Assembly (NCBI GenBank): GCA_031419035.1
Contig: JANOKC010000139.1
Location: 444 to 64,443, forward strand
Length of the DNA stretch: 64,000 bases
Direction of reading: 5' to 3'
Origin: Novosphingobium sp.
GTDB taxonomy: Bacteria > Pseudomonadota > Alphaproteobacteria > Sphingomonadales > Sphingomonadaceae
Shown here: piece after piece, positions 54,811 through 64,000 of the stretch
Layout of the letters: each line of letters opens with the position of its first letter
Position numbering within the stretch: position 1 is the stretch's first letter
The notes under the pieces: generated by a model
Databases searched by the model: none
The model's input: only the letters and a program-made list of their open reading frames with translations
Told to the model about the DNA's origin: nothing
Position numbers and translations under genes: made by a program

Positions 54811-57246
54811 CTAGAACCGGTAGTTGGCCGACAGCCCGAATTCGCGGCGGCGCGGCGACGAGACCAGGAAGCCGCGATAGAAGGTCAGCGTGGCGGGCTG
54901 GCCAGCAAAGGTGCGGACCGGATCGGGGATAATCAGCGTACGGCTGAAATCGAACAGGCGGGTGACCACCACCGGCGAGCGATCATCGGTGGCATTGTTG
55001 ACCCAGGCGGTGAAAGTAATGCTCTCGCCAAATTCAATCCCGGCCCGCAGGTTGAGGTTAAAGCTGTCGCCGGTATGGGCCAGATTGTGGACCTGATCGT
55101 AGCGCTTCGATTCCCATGAGGCATCGGTGCGGAAGAAGAAATTGTTGTTGTCCGAGATCGGAAAGCGGAAATTGGTTGTTGCGCTGAGCTGGTGCACCGG
55201 GGTTTGCGGCAGGCGGTTTCCCGCTACCTGACCATCCGGCCCATCGACATCGGCAGGATTGACCATGGTTCGCGCCACATCAAGAAAGCTTGGCCGCCCA
55301 TCGGTATCATAGATCTGTTCGGTGATTTCATCATAGAAATCAGTGAATTTGGCATCATTATAGGCATAGGCGATGCGGAAATCGAACCAGTCTGTCAGCT
55401 TGCCGGAAATGTCAGCCTCAAAGCCCTTGATCTGGGATGCACCGGCATTGACGATGAAGGGTACGGTGGTGAAAGTTCCCGAAGTGCGCTGATAGGGCTG
55501 CGACTGGGTCAGCTGCTGGTGTGACCAATCGAGGTAATAGGCGGCAAGGCCAAAATTGAGGGCACCGAGGCGGCCCTTGGTTCCCAGCTCATAAGACCAC
55601 ACGCTTTCTTCGGTGAAGACGTCATAGCCTCTGGACAGGAAGTCTGCGGTGAAAGTGGCGTTCGCATCGGTTGGCAGATCATTGAAACCGCCCGGCTTGT
55701 TGCCCTTGGCCACCGAGCCATAGATGTTCCAGTTTGACCCCAGTTCAAACCGCCCGGTAACGCGGGGCAGGAAGCTTTTGTAGGTTTCACTGCGAACATT
55801 AGTTGGATTGCCGACCCCGCGCAAAACCGAAACCTCGGTTGAACCGATGATCTTGTCTTCCTGATAGCGCGCTTCGGCGGTTACGGTGAACCGATCACCC
55901 AGATCGGCCTCGACCATGCCGAAGACCGCAATGTTGCGGACCCCGTCGGCCGAGGTAAAGCCAGAGCGGGCGGTGTAATTTACGTTGGTTCTGGTGGTAT
56001 TGACAGTATAGCCGCTGTTGTCATCGGCCTTGAAATAATAGCCCCCGATCAGCCCCCGGATCGCTGCTGATTGCGGGCTTTGGATCCTGGTTTCAAAGCT
56101 GACGTCCTGGTTTGACCGATATTCGATTGTCAGGCTGGGATTGGCCGAAGCCAGATAGGTATTGTCAAAGCCGTTCTGGTTTTCCTGCCAGTTGAACGCG
56201 CCGACCATCGTCACGCTCCAGTCGCTGTCAGTAGTATACCGCAGCGTCGCATCACTGCGGAAATAGCTGCGTTGCAGCGGGAAATAGCCAAGCGCCTCAA
56301 TCTCGGTATTGTTATAGGCAAAGGCTGCGGGCGATTTTACCTCTCCGCAATAATACCCCCGCGCGCGGGTGGATGAGCGGGGACTGCCTGCCAGCGTGCC
56401 GATGATAGTGGGCTGAAGGCAGTTGAGGCCCGCCGCCGGGATGAAGAACGAGGAATAGCCCTTGTCGCGGTCATGCCCGACTGCCGCGTTGATAATGACT
56501 TCAAGATGGGAAGAGGGCGTCCAGCGGATCTTCGCGCCGACATTCTGGCTGTCCTGCGTATTGATATCGCGCTTGCCATTGTCCAGATTCACATAATCGC
56601 CGCCGAAGTGATAGATTCTGGCGTTGAGCTCTACCGCCAGATGATCCCGCACCAGCGGCGCCTGAATATAAGCCGACACTTCCTGATGATCCCACTGGCC
56701 CAGCGTGGCATTGACCGCGCCGCGCAGCTCGTTGCCGGGCTTGCGGGTGACGAAGTTGATCGCGCCCGAAAAAGTCTGACGGCCAAACAGCGCCGCCTGC
56801 GGCCCGCGGATCACCTCGATCCGCTCCAGATTATCCAGCTGATAGCTGGTGATGTTCTGCGAAACGAAAACCCCGTCAACAAAGAAACCGGCGTTGGCAG
56901 CGCCCAGAATATTCGACATCCCGCGGATCGATGGGCGCACACTGGCCCCGCCATCACCGCCGCCGGTTCGGCCAAAGCCCTGCTTGAAATTGAACCCGGG
57001 AACCTGCCGTGAAAGATCCGAGATATTTTCAATGCCCGAGCCTTGGATTTCCTTTTCGGTGAGCGCCGTGATGGTCAGCGGGACATCGATCAGATTCTCT
57101 TCACGTTTACGCGCGGTGACGATGATCGCGCCGGTATCAACCCGGGTGCCATCATTTTCAGCCGGACCTTGTTGGGCCAGGGCCGGATCGGCGATCACCA
57201 ACCCTCCGATCAGCGCGGTTGTCGCAAATAGCCGAATCCTGAACAT
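54811..57246 (-). CDS. TonB-dependent receptor 3
   Basis: Signal peptide, IIVTARKREE, RIEVIRGPQ..LFGR, KGNKPGGFN, C-terminal YRF. Confidence 0.95.
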   Translation of the reverse strand: MFRIRLFATTALIGGLVIADPALAQQGPAENDGTRVDTGAIIVTARKREENLIDVPLTITALTEKEIQGSGIENISDLSRQVPGFNFKQGFGRTGGGDGGASVRPSIRGMSNILGAANAGFFVDGVFVSQNITSYQLDNLERIEVIRGPQAALFGRQTFSGAINFVTRKPGNELRGAVNATLGQWDHQEVSAYIQAPLVRDHLAVELNARIYHFGGDYVNLDNGKRDINTQDSQNVGAKIRWTPSSHLEVIINAAVGHDRDKGYSSFFIPAAGLNCLQPTIIGTLAGSPRSSTRARGYYCGEVKSPAAFAYNNTEIEALGYFPLQRSYFRSDATLRYTTDSDWSVTMVGAFNWQENQNGFDNTYLASANPSLTIEYRSNQDVSFETRIQSPQSAAIRGLIGGYYFKADDNSGYTVNTTRTNVNYTARSGFTSADGVRNIAVFGMVEADLGDRFTVTAEARYQEDKIIGSTEVSVLRGVGNPTNVRSETYKSFLPRVTGRFELGSNWNIYGSVAKGNKPGGFNDLPTDANATFTADFLSRGYDVFTEESVWSYELGTKGRLGALNFGLAAYYLDWSHQQLTQSQPYQRTSGTFTTVPFIVNAGASQIKGFEADISGKLTDWFDFRIAYAYNDAKFTDFYDEITEQIYDTDGRPSFLDVARTMVNPADVDGPDGQVAGNRLPQTPVHQLSATTNFRFPISDNNNFFFRTDASWESKRYDQVHNLAHTGDSFNLNLRAGIEFGESITFTAWVNNATDDRSPVVVTRLFDFSRTLIIPDPVRTFAGQPATLTFYRGFLVSSPRRREFGLSANYRF

Positions 57247-57337
57247 TTCACTGACCCTCCCCAAAGGTTTGGCGCAGAGCCTATCTTGGAAGGATTGTGG
57301 GTCCAGTTTATAATATTTAAGTAAGCATACGCTAAAT

Positions 57338-58261
57338 TTATGATCGCCGCTGCTCAAGCTCAAACTGCTGGCGCAGCCGGTCGGCAAAGATCCGGGCGGC
57401 GGCGGGCAACGGGCGGCCTTGGCGGGTTACCAGGCTCAGCGGGATGGTCCAGCCGAACCGGTCCGCACCAATCTGGACAAGAATCCCGTGCTCCAGATCA
57501 GCCTGGGCCATACCGAGCGGCAGGATAGTGACAAAATGATTTTCGGTCAGCAGGCTGCGGACCAGCGCGATGTTGCGGACATTGATTGCGGGGCGCGGCG
57601 GGGTGAGCCCCGCTTCCATGAACAAGTCCGGCCATTCGGGAACATTGGCCTCGATATTACCGATCGCTATCCACGCCGCCTGGGCCAGATCGGCGACGCT
57701 TATCGTGCGGCGTCCGGCAAGGGGATGGCCCGCGCCTGCCAGCACAGCCAGCCGCAAATCATCAAGCCGGGCCACTTCGAACCGATCATCCTCCAGATCA
57801 TCGGGAACGGTCCCGACATAAAGCGAAAACTCGCCATCATGAAGTCGTTCGAGCACGGCGGGGGCAACCCCCAGCCCGACCGCGACATCAAGTCCTGGGA
57901 AATCCACTGACATGCTGGTCAGCGCTGCGCCAACTTCGGGCACAGCTGCGCTTAGCCCCATGCAGATTTCCAGCCTTCCAATAGTGCCGCTGCCAAAGGC
58001 GGCCAGCTCGTCGCGCGCTTCTGCCAGATCACGCTGAACCCGCTGGGCATAGCGGATGAATATTTCCCCTTCGTCAGTCAGCGTCAACGGGGTGGTTCCG
58101 CGCCGCAGCAGTGGACCTTCGAGTGCACGTTCCAACTGACTGATCGCGATGGACAGGGCAGGCTGGGTGATCCCCAGCGATTCCGCGGCAGCGGTGAATG
58201 ATCCACGCTCAACCAAGCGAAGGAAATAGGTAATTTGCCGCAGACTGACTTCCATTTTCAT
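57338..58261 (-). CDS. LysR-family transcriptional regulator
   Basis: LRQITYF...GSFTAAA..LGITQPALS..I..LE..L HTH, about 305 aa. Confidence 0.93.
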   Translation of the reverse strand: MKMEVSLRQITYFLRLVERGSFTAAAESLGITQPALSIAISQLERALEGPLLRRGTTPLTLTDEGEIFIRYAQRVQRDLAEARDELAAFGSGTIGRLEICMGLSAAVPEVGAALTSMSVDFPGLDVAVGLGVAPAVLERLHDGEFSLYVGTVPDDLEDDRFEVARLDDLRLAVLAGAGHPLAGRRTISVADLAQAAWIAIGNIEANVPEWPDLFMEAGLTPPRPAINVRNIALVRSLLTENHFVTILPLGMAQADLEHGILVQIGADRFGWTIPLSLVTRQGRPLPAAARIFADRLRQQFELEQRRS

Positions 58262-58370
58262 CGTGATCGCCTCGATTCACTCTCATTTTTTATATCATAG
58301 CGTAAAAACTATAAATTGGACAGCAAGCGTCTTAGCAACGCAGTCATCGGTTGAAAGGGGCCAGAACGGC

Positions 58371-59465
58371 ATGGCGAGCACTGCTGAAAACCCGGCCCAA
58401 GCAGGCCCGCAACTGCCCCGGAACGGGCGGCAGTGGCAGATGGCTGCAAAACCAAGCGGCGCGGTAAAGTTCAGTGATTTCAAGCTGGTTGAGGCGCCGT
58501 TAGGCCAACCGGGACCGGGAGAGTTTCTGATCCGCACGCTTTATCTGTCGCTCGCGCCGGTGATGCGCCAATATATGATCGATGGTGCCGGGATCGAGGC
58601 TCCGCTCCAGCCCGGTGACGTGATTCATGGCCGCGGGGTTGGTCAGGTGGTCCGCTCGCGCCATCCAGATTTCCACCCCGGCGATCTGGTCCATGGCAAG
58701 CTGGGCTGGCAGGAATATGCGCTGAGCGATGGGGCCGAAGATAAGCTGATGTTCAAGGTTCATGCCGCTGATCTGCCGCCGTCGACTGCGCTGGGAGTGC
58801 TGGGGATCACGGGGTTTTCGGCCTATGTCGGGCTGTTCGATATCGGCCAGCCAAAGCACGGGGAAACGGTGCTGATCTCTGGCGCGGCAGGCGGTGTTGG
58901 TTCGGTTGCCGGGCAGTTGGCGCGGATTGCCGGGTGCCGTACGATCGGTATTGCCGGAAGCGCTGAAAAATGCGCCACGCTGACCGGGCAGCTCGGTTTT
59001 GATGTGGCGCTGAATTATCGCGAGCCGGGTTTGGAGGCCGCTATTACCGCCGCCGCGCCCGATGGAATCGACGTGATTTTCGATAATGTCGGCGGCCCGG
59101 TGCTGGATGCGGGATTGGCCCGGATAAACCGCTTTGCCCGGGTGGTTAGCTGCGGGCGGATATCGCAATATGTTGATGGCCCCAACCACGCTCTGGCCAA
59201 TTGGTGGATGATCGGCGAATATTCTGCCAGCATGCGCGGCTTTTTCATCTATGATCACCGTGACCGGTTTGCAGAAGCGGAGGCCCGGATGGCGGAATGG
59301 ATCAGATCGGGCGAGCTGCGCTGGCTGGAAGACATCCTCGATGGCTTTGAACGGATGCCCGAAGCGCTTGTTCGGCTGTTTGAAGGGCGCAATATTGGCA
59401 AGCAGCTGGTCCATGTCGCTGATCCGCTGCCGCCCGGCCAGCAGACTAGCGCTCTGCTTGACTGA
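58371..59465 (+). CDS. NADP-dependent oxidoreductase, MDR prostaglandin reductase/CurA-like (alkenal reductase)
   Basis: LGWQEY, G.TG.SAY.GL, SGAAGGVGS, FDNVGG, G.NIGKQLV. Confidence 0.92.
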   Translation: MASTAENPAQAGPQLPRNGRQWQMAAKPSGAVKFSDFKLVEAPLGQPGPGEFLIRTLYLSLAPVMRQYMIDGAGIEAPLQPGDVIHGRGVGQVVRSRHPDFHPGDLVHGKLGWQEYALSDGAEDKLMFKVHAADLPPSTALGVLGITGFSAYVGLFDIGQPKHGETVLISGAAGGVGSVAGQLARIAGCRTIGIAGSAEKCATLTGQLGFDVALNYREPGLEAAITAAAPDGIDVIFDNVGGPVLDAGLARINRFARVVSCGRISQYVDGPNHALANWWMIGEYSASMRGFFIYDHRDRFAEAEARMAEWIRSGELRWLEDILDGFERMPEALVRLFEGRNIGKQLVHVADPLPPGQQTSALLD

Positions 59466-59892
59466 TCCGGCTCGCTTCAAGCGCGCTGCGCTGATCGTCG
59501 CCGATCTTGATCGGGCGCTGGCGCTGTACCGCGATGCTCTGGGTTTTACCCTGCAATCGATCAAACAATCGGCGCCAGACAGTTACAGCTATGAAATCTT
59601 TGGGATTGACCCTGCGGCGCGGCTGCGGATGGCCGCGCTTGATGGTCCGCCAGGGCAAGAGCGCACGCTGGCCCTGCTCGAAGTAACCCCGCCGCCGACG
59701 CGCCCGGCGCGGCCCGGTTCGGCCACCGTGGTCGAACTGGCCGATGTTGATCGGGCGGTTGCAGCCGCCAGCATTTTGCCGGGGGTCAAACTGTTCGCCG
59801 AACGCGCGCTCCACACCCATGATGGCCGGGTCGGCCGCGAGGTCGGACTGATTGACGTCGATGGCCACGCCGTGGTGCTGTATCATCTCTAG
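59458..59892 (+). CDS. VOC-family protein
   Basis: RAALIVADLDRALALYRDALGF, DVDGHAVVLY. TTG start inferred. Confidence 0.72.
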   Translation: MTDPARFKRAALIVADLDRALALYRDALGFTLQSIKQSAPDSYSYEIFGIDPAARLRMAALDGPPGQERTLALLEVTPPPTRPARPGSATVVELADVDRAVAAASILPGVKLFAERALHTHDGRVGREVGLIDVDGHAVVLYHL

Positions 59893-61198
59893 CCCAGACA
59901 CCCCGCCGCCAGTCAGCTGGCCTCCCGCCCGCTCCGCCTGGGGGATGGTCGCGCTGCTGACCCTGGCCTATCTGTTCAGCTATATTGACCGCTCGGTGCT
60001 GGGGCTGCTGGTTCAGCCGATCAAGGCCGACCTTGGCCTGAGCGACGAACAGATCGGTTGGTTGCTGGGACCGGCGTTCGCGATCTTCTATGCCACGATG
60101 GGGCTGCCGCTGGGCTGGCTGGTCGATCGCACCTCGCGCCGCCGTCTGATCGCGGCGGGGATCGCGCTGTGGTCACTGGCGACGGTGGCAACAGGGATGG
60201 CCCGTAATTTCACCCAGCTGTTTCTTGCCCGGATGAGTGTTGGCGTGGGCGAGGCGGTGCTGAGCCCGGCGGCTTTCTCGATCATCGCAGACAGCTTTCC
60301 GCCCGAGCGGCGGGCCCGGCCTATCGCTGTCTATTCGATGGCGATCACGCTGGGATCAGGCCTGGCTTCGTTGATCGGGGCGAGCGTGCTGGCATGGGCG
60401 CGGGCGGCAGAGCAGATAAGTGTGCCGCTGCTTGGAGCAGTTCAGCCATGGCAGGCAACCATTCTGGCGGTGGGCCTGCCGGGTCTGGTAGTCGCGCTAG
60501 CCTTTCTGCTGGTGCGCGAACCGCCGCGACAGGCGCAGCTCAGCGGCAAAGCCGGCGCCAATAGCCTAGGCACCGCGCTGCGCCATGTCAGGGCCGGGTG
60601 GCGCGATTACGGACTGATCGTGGCGGTGGTCGGGGCGATGGTTATCACAGCCTATAGCCAAGGGTTCATGCCAGCAGCGTTTGAGCGGCGCTGGGGCTGG
60701 AAACCCGAATTCTTCGCCATGCTCAATGGAGCCTCGGCACTGCTGCTGGGGCCTGCCGTGTATCTTGCCGCAGGCGCGCTGTGCGAGCGGCGGCTGGAGG
60801 CGGGCGATACGCTGGCCCCGCGCAAGATCATGGCCGCAGGCCTAACCCTGATCGTGCCCAGTGCGGGGCTTGCCATGCTGATGCCGGGGCCATGGCTGGC
60901 CTTTACCATGCTGTGCCTGACCGCTATCGGGATCGGGGCAATCTCGGCGGTGGGCGTAACTGCCTTGCTCCAGATCACCCCGGCGGCGATCCGGGGGCAG
61001 GTGGTGGCGCTCTATTACATGGCGATCAGCCTGCTCGGCCTAATGCTGGGACCAACCACGGTTGGCCTGCTATCGACTCGGGTGTTTGGCGAGGAGCGGC
61101 TGTATCTGGCGCTGGCGGTGGTTCCGGTGGCCTATGGAATAATCCCGCTGCTGCTGGCCCTGGCGACACTACGCCGCCCGGTTACACCGCTGGACTAG
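59861..61198 (+). CDS. MFS transporter (spinster-like)
   Basis: SYIDR, GWLVDR.SRR, R..VGVGEA..SPAA.S.IAD.FP. Start uncertain. Confidence 0.88.
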   Translation: MATPWCCIISSPDTPPPVSWPPARSAWGMVALLTLAYLFSYIDRSVLGLLVQPIKADLGLSDEQIGWLLGPAFAIFYATMGLPLGWLVDRTSRRRLIAAGIALWSLATVATGMARNFTQLFLARMSVGVGEAVLSPAAFSIIADSFPPERRARPIAVYSMAITLGSGLASLIGASVLAWARAAEQISVPLLGAVQPWQATILAVGLPGLVVALAFLLVREPPRQAQLSGKAGANSLGTALRHVRAGWRDYGLIVAVVGAMVITAYSQGFMPAAFERRWGWKPEFFAMLNGASALLLGPAVYLAAGALCERRLEAGDTLAPRKIMAAGLTLIVPSAGLAMLMPGPWLAFTMLCLTAIGIGAISAVGVTALLQITPAAIRGQVVALYYMAISLLGLMLGPTTVGLLSTRVFGEERLYLALAVVPVAYGIIPLLLALATLRRPVTPLD

Positions 61199-61440
61199 AT
61201 TACAAAATCGAGGATCGCGGGCAATTGCCCCTTGGCGCGGTTGACCACCATCCGGTCATGCAGGGTCGAGATCTGCTTGCTGCCGGTTTTGACGAACAGA
61301 AACGGCAGCAAGCCGTGGATCATACAGGCAAACCCGCCCAGAACCATCCGGATACCAAAACCGGTCGCATGGCGAAAATGCTCGCCATAGGTTTCACCGA
61401 CGCTGGCGGGGTGTTCGCGAAATGGGTTCATCAGATTCAT
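61195..61440 (-). CDS. Small conserved protein (DUF6356-like)
   Basis: HPASVGETY.EH...A..F...C.IHG..PFLF..T.S motif. Confidence 0.75.
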   Translation of the reverse strand: MNLMNPFREHPASVGETYGEHFRHATGFGIRMVLGGFACMIHGLLPFLFVKTGSKQISTLHDRMVVNRAKGQLPAILDFVI

Positions 61441-61535
61441 AAGGCTCTCCCGACCTCGTAATCTTATTGCAATTCCTGCGCAAATTCTTCACCTATTTTA
61501 TGGTCATTTATGGTATATTGTGATATTTTATCCCA

Positions 61536-62015
61536 ATGGAAGATTTAAATCCGCAATTGGATTCGATAGACTGGGCGATTCTGCGTATCCTTCAACAGGA
61601 CGCCTCGCTTGCCGTGCATGAGGTGGGGGACCGCGTCGGTCTGTCGAGCAATGCCTGCTGGCGACGGATCAAGCGACTGGAAGAGCTGGGGGTTATCGCC
61701 CGCCGGGTTGCCTTGCTTGATCCAGCAAAAATCGGCCTGAATACAACCGTGTTCGTCGCGATAAGGACCAGCCGCCATGATCCTGACTGGCTCGATGCCT
61801 TCTCAGCCGGGATCGCCACGATCGAAGAGATCACCGAATGCCACCGCATGGCAGGCGACGTTGATTATCTGCTCAAGCTGACAGTGCGCGACATCGCCCA
61901 TTATGACCGGATCTACCGCAAGCTGATCGCCACGGTTCCTGATCTCAGCGATGTTTCCTCAAGCTTTTCCATGGAAAGGCTCAAGTCCACTACGGCCCTG
62001 CCCAGACCAAACTAA
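61536..62015 (+). CDS. Lrp/AsnC-family regulator (DecR/YbaO-like)
   Basis: LD.ID..IL..LQ.DA, VGLS...CWRRIKRLE..G.I, HRMAGDVDYLL. Confidence 0.92.
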   Translation: MEDLNPQLDSIDWAILRILQQDASLAVHEVGDRVGLSSNACWRRIKRLEELGVIARRVALLDPAKIGLNTTVFVAIRTSRHDPDWLDAFSAGIATIEEITECHRMAGDVDYLLKLTVRDIAHYDRIYRKLIATVPDLSDVSSSFSMERLKSTTALPRPN

Positions 62016-62740
62016 AGCACGCTGACCATCGCCAGGATTTGCGCGGCAAGTTCCGGGCGGCAGATCAGCAGATCAGGCAGGTAGGGATTGGCCTGATTGT
62101 AAACCAGCTGCGAGCCATCAATCCGCGAGCAGTGCAGCCCATGCGCCAGCGCCACTGCCACCGGCGCGCAGCTGTCCCATTCAAATTGTCCGCCAGAATG
62201 GAGGTAGACATCGGCCTCGCCGCGCACCACCGCCATTGCCTTGGCCCCGGCGGAGCCCATCGGCACCAGATCGCCTTGCAATACAACGGAAACATGCACG
62301 GCTTCCTGCGGCGGACGGGTGCGGCTGACGACCATGCGCAGCGGCGCATTGGCGGGAGCGGGTGCAAGCAGCCGATCAGAGCGCAGCACCAGCCCCAGCC
62401 CGGGCAAGGCCACCGCGCCAAGTGCAGCCACTCCGTCCACGCAAAGCGCTACATGGACCGCCCAGTCGCTGCGGCCTTCGCCATATTCGCGGGTGCCGTC
62501 CAGCGGATCGATGATCCAGCAACGCGATGCGCCAAGCCGCGACGGCGAATCCTTTTCCTCTTCGCTCAGCAGCGCGTCATCGGGCCGCGCGGCACGCAAG
62601 GCATCGATCAGATACCGGTTGGCGATAGCGTCGCCCTCGGCCCCCAAGGCCTTGCCATCATGCGTTCCGGCGGCGCGCAGATCGATCAGAAGTTGGCCCG
62701 CCGCTTTGGCCAAATGGGCAGCAAGCTCCGCGTCAGTCAT
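62012..62740 (-). CDS. cysQ: 3'(2'),5'-bisphosphate nucleotidase
   Basis: LSEE, WIIDPLDGTREY, GSAG.K, EWDSCAP. Located downstream of cysNC. Confidence 0.9.
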   Translation of the reverse strand: MTDAELAAHLAKAAGQLLIDLRAAGTHDGKALGAEGDAIANRYLIDALRAARPDDALLSEEEKDSPSRLGASRCWIIDPLDGTREYGEGRSDWAVHVALCVDGVAALGAVALPGLGLVLRSDRLLAPAPANAPLRMVVSRTRPPQEAVHVSVVLQGDLVPMGSAGAKAMAVVRGEADVYLHSGGQFEWDSCAPVAVALAHGLHCSRIDGSQLVYNQANPYLPDLLICRPELAAQILAMVSVL

Positions 62741-62972
62741 GGATCACGCCCAAGCGCTGGGCACCCCACTGGACCGAACTCCAGATGCGTTCGTGGAAAT
62801 AGTAGAGCACGATCTTGGTCAGCACTTCGGTCAGCGCAATGGCTCCAGCAGCCTTGGGGTTTCCGGTAAAAAACCAGCTGAGCAAAAATGTATCAATGCT
62901 GCCAAGCAATCGCCAGCTGGTCGCCTTGATCAAAGACCGCGAGTGCGTTTCATGCCCATTAAACAGAAACAT
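62733..62972 (-). CDS. DUF2061-like small membrane protein
   Basis: ETH.RS..KA.SWR..G..DT, K...YYFHER.W. Confidence 0.82.
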   Translation of the reverse strand: MFLFNGHETHSRSLIKATSWRLLGSIDTFLLSWFFTGNPKAAGAIALTEVLTKIVLYYFHERIWSSVQWGAQRLGVIHD

Positions 62973-62974
62973 AT

Positions 62975-64000
62975 CTAACCTCCATTCAACAGGCGATCGA
63001 CGATCAGTGTGGCGGCATCTTCGGGGCTGAGGCTGGTTGTATCGATCCGCAACTCGGGCGCGGCTGGAGCCTCATAGGGGCTGTCGATCCCGGTGAAATT
63101 CTTGAGCTGGCCAGAGCGGGCCTTTTTATACAATCCCTTCACATCGCGCTTCTCAGCCTCTGCCAAGGGCGTGTCGATGAACACTTCGATGAATTCGCCG
63201 GGCGGCAACATCGCGCGCACCATCTCACGCTCGGCGCGGAACGGGCTGATGAAGGCGGTAATGACGATCAAGCCTGAATCCGCCATCAACTTCGCCACCT
63301 CACCCACCCGGCGGATATTTTCGATCCGGTCGGTCTCGGTAAAGCCCAGATCCTTGTTGAGCCCGTGGCGGACATTATCGCCATCCAGCAGGAACGTGTG
63401 CCGGTTCATCCGGTGGAGCTTTTTCTCGACCAGATTGGCAATGGTCGATTTGCCCGAACCCGACAGGCCAGTGAACCACAGCACTGACGGCTTCTGGTTC
63501 TTGAGGGCAGCATGGGCCTCGCGGCTGATGTCGAGCGCCTGCCAATGGACGTTTTGCGCGCGGCGCAGGCTGAAATTCAGCATCCCCGCAGCGACGGTCG
63601 CATTGGTGATCTTGTCGATCAGGATGAATCCGCCCAGCGTCCGGCTGTCAGCATAGGGTTCAAATGTAATCGGCTTGTCGGTGGCGAGTTCTGCCACGCC
63701 GATCGCGTTCAGCTCCAGCGTCTTGGCCGCGACGTGTTCCATCGTGTTGACGTTGACGGTATACTTGGGCGCATGGACTGTGGCCGAAACCAGCTGCGTG
63801 CCCAGCTTGAGCCAGTAGCCGCGCCCGGCAATCATTGCCTCATCCGCCATCCACACCAGCGTCGCCTCAAACTGATCGGCAACTTGCGGCGGAGCATCGG
63901 CAGCAGCGATCACATCGCCGCGCGAACAGTCAATCTCGTCCGCCAGCGTCAGCGTGACCGATTGGCCCGCGACGGCCTCGTCCAGATCGCCGTCGCCACC
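62975..64000 (-). CDS. cysNC: Bifunctional sulfate adenylyltransferase subunit 1/APS kinase, 3' part (gene runs beyond the window)
   Basis: GGFILID..TN.TVAAG (CysN C-terminus), [39 protein letters not shown]. Confidence 0.93.
   Translation of the reverse strand, partial: GGDGDLDEAVAGQSVTLTLADEIDCSRGDVIAAADAPPQVADQFEATLVWMADEAMIAGRGYWLKLGTQLVSATVHAPKYTVNVNTMEHVAAKTLELNAIGVAELATDKPITFEPYADSRTLGGFILIDKITNATVAAGMLNFSLRRAQNVHWQALDISREAHAALKNQKPSVLWFTGLSGSGKSTIANLVEKKLHRMNRHTFLLDGDNVRHGLNKDLGFTETDRIENIRRVGEVAKLMADSGLIVITAFISPFRAEREMVRAMLPPGEFIEVFIDTPLAEAEKRDVKGLYKKARSGQLKNFTGIDSPYEAPAAPELRIDTTSLSPEDAATLIVDRLLNGG

Noticed and set aside
13652-59564. Long antisense or alternate-frame ORFs (e.g. 13652-15040 -, 43855-45165 -, 46978-48048 -, 49438-50913 +, 58500-59564 -)
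   Set aside because: They are shadows of well-supported genes on the opposite strand, which is typical of high-GC DNA, and carry no recognisable motifs.
1-64000. Mobile genomic island, prophage or IS
   Set aside because: No integrase, transposase, tRNA, att-like direct repeats or phage genes were seen. Composition looks uniform by eye apart from AT-rich promoters.
61195-64000. Sulfur assimilation genes and Lrp regulator as part of the catabolic cluster
   Set aside because: This is a standard housekeeping arrangement, convergent with the cluster end and without the operator motif.

Overview
GC-rich alphaproteobacterial DNA with a sphingomonad-like gene repertoire. About 61 kb (1-61.2 kb) is one dense catabolic/uptake gene cluster. 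It contains 3 TonB-dependent receptors, 5 MFS transporters, a Rieske oxygenase, 2 flavin monooxygenases, 2 paralogous FAD-linked oxidases, 3 cytochrome b561 proteins (one fused to cytochrome c) and 4 exported DUF1838-like paralogs. It also has 3 SAM-methyltransferase-fold genes, each followed by a homologous small helical partner gene, 3 PuuE-like deacetylase-family hydrolases, an isochorismatase, a nitrilase-fold protein, 3 alpha/beta-hydrolase-fold proteins and 5 VOC proteins. A lower-pathway set is present: LeuCD-like hydratase, ICL-family lyase, HMG-CoA-lyase-like enzyme, CoA transferase and a maleate-isomerase-like protein. Several enzymes lack their canonical catalytic residues. A palindrome TTGTCCGGACAA recurs 7 times in 5 promoter regions, which points to a regulon. 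My best hypothesis, which is inference only, is an undescribed pathway for taking up and degrading tetrapyrroles/bilins or similar N-heterocycles via substituted maleimides and maleates. The last 2.8 kb is ordinary chromosome (Lrp regulator, cysQ, cysNC). No RNA genes, CRISPR arrays or mobile elements were seen. All family names come from motif recognition, not database searches.
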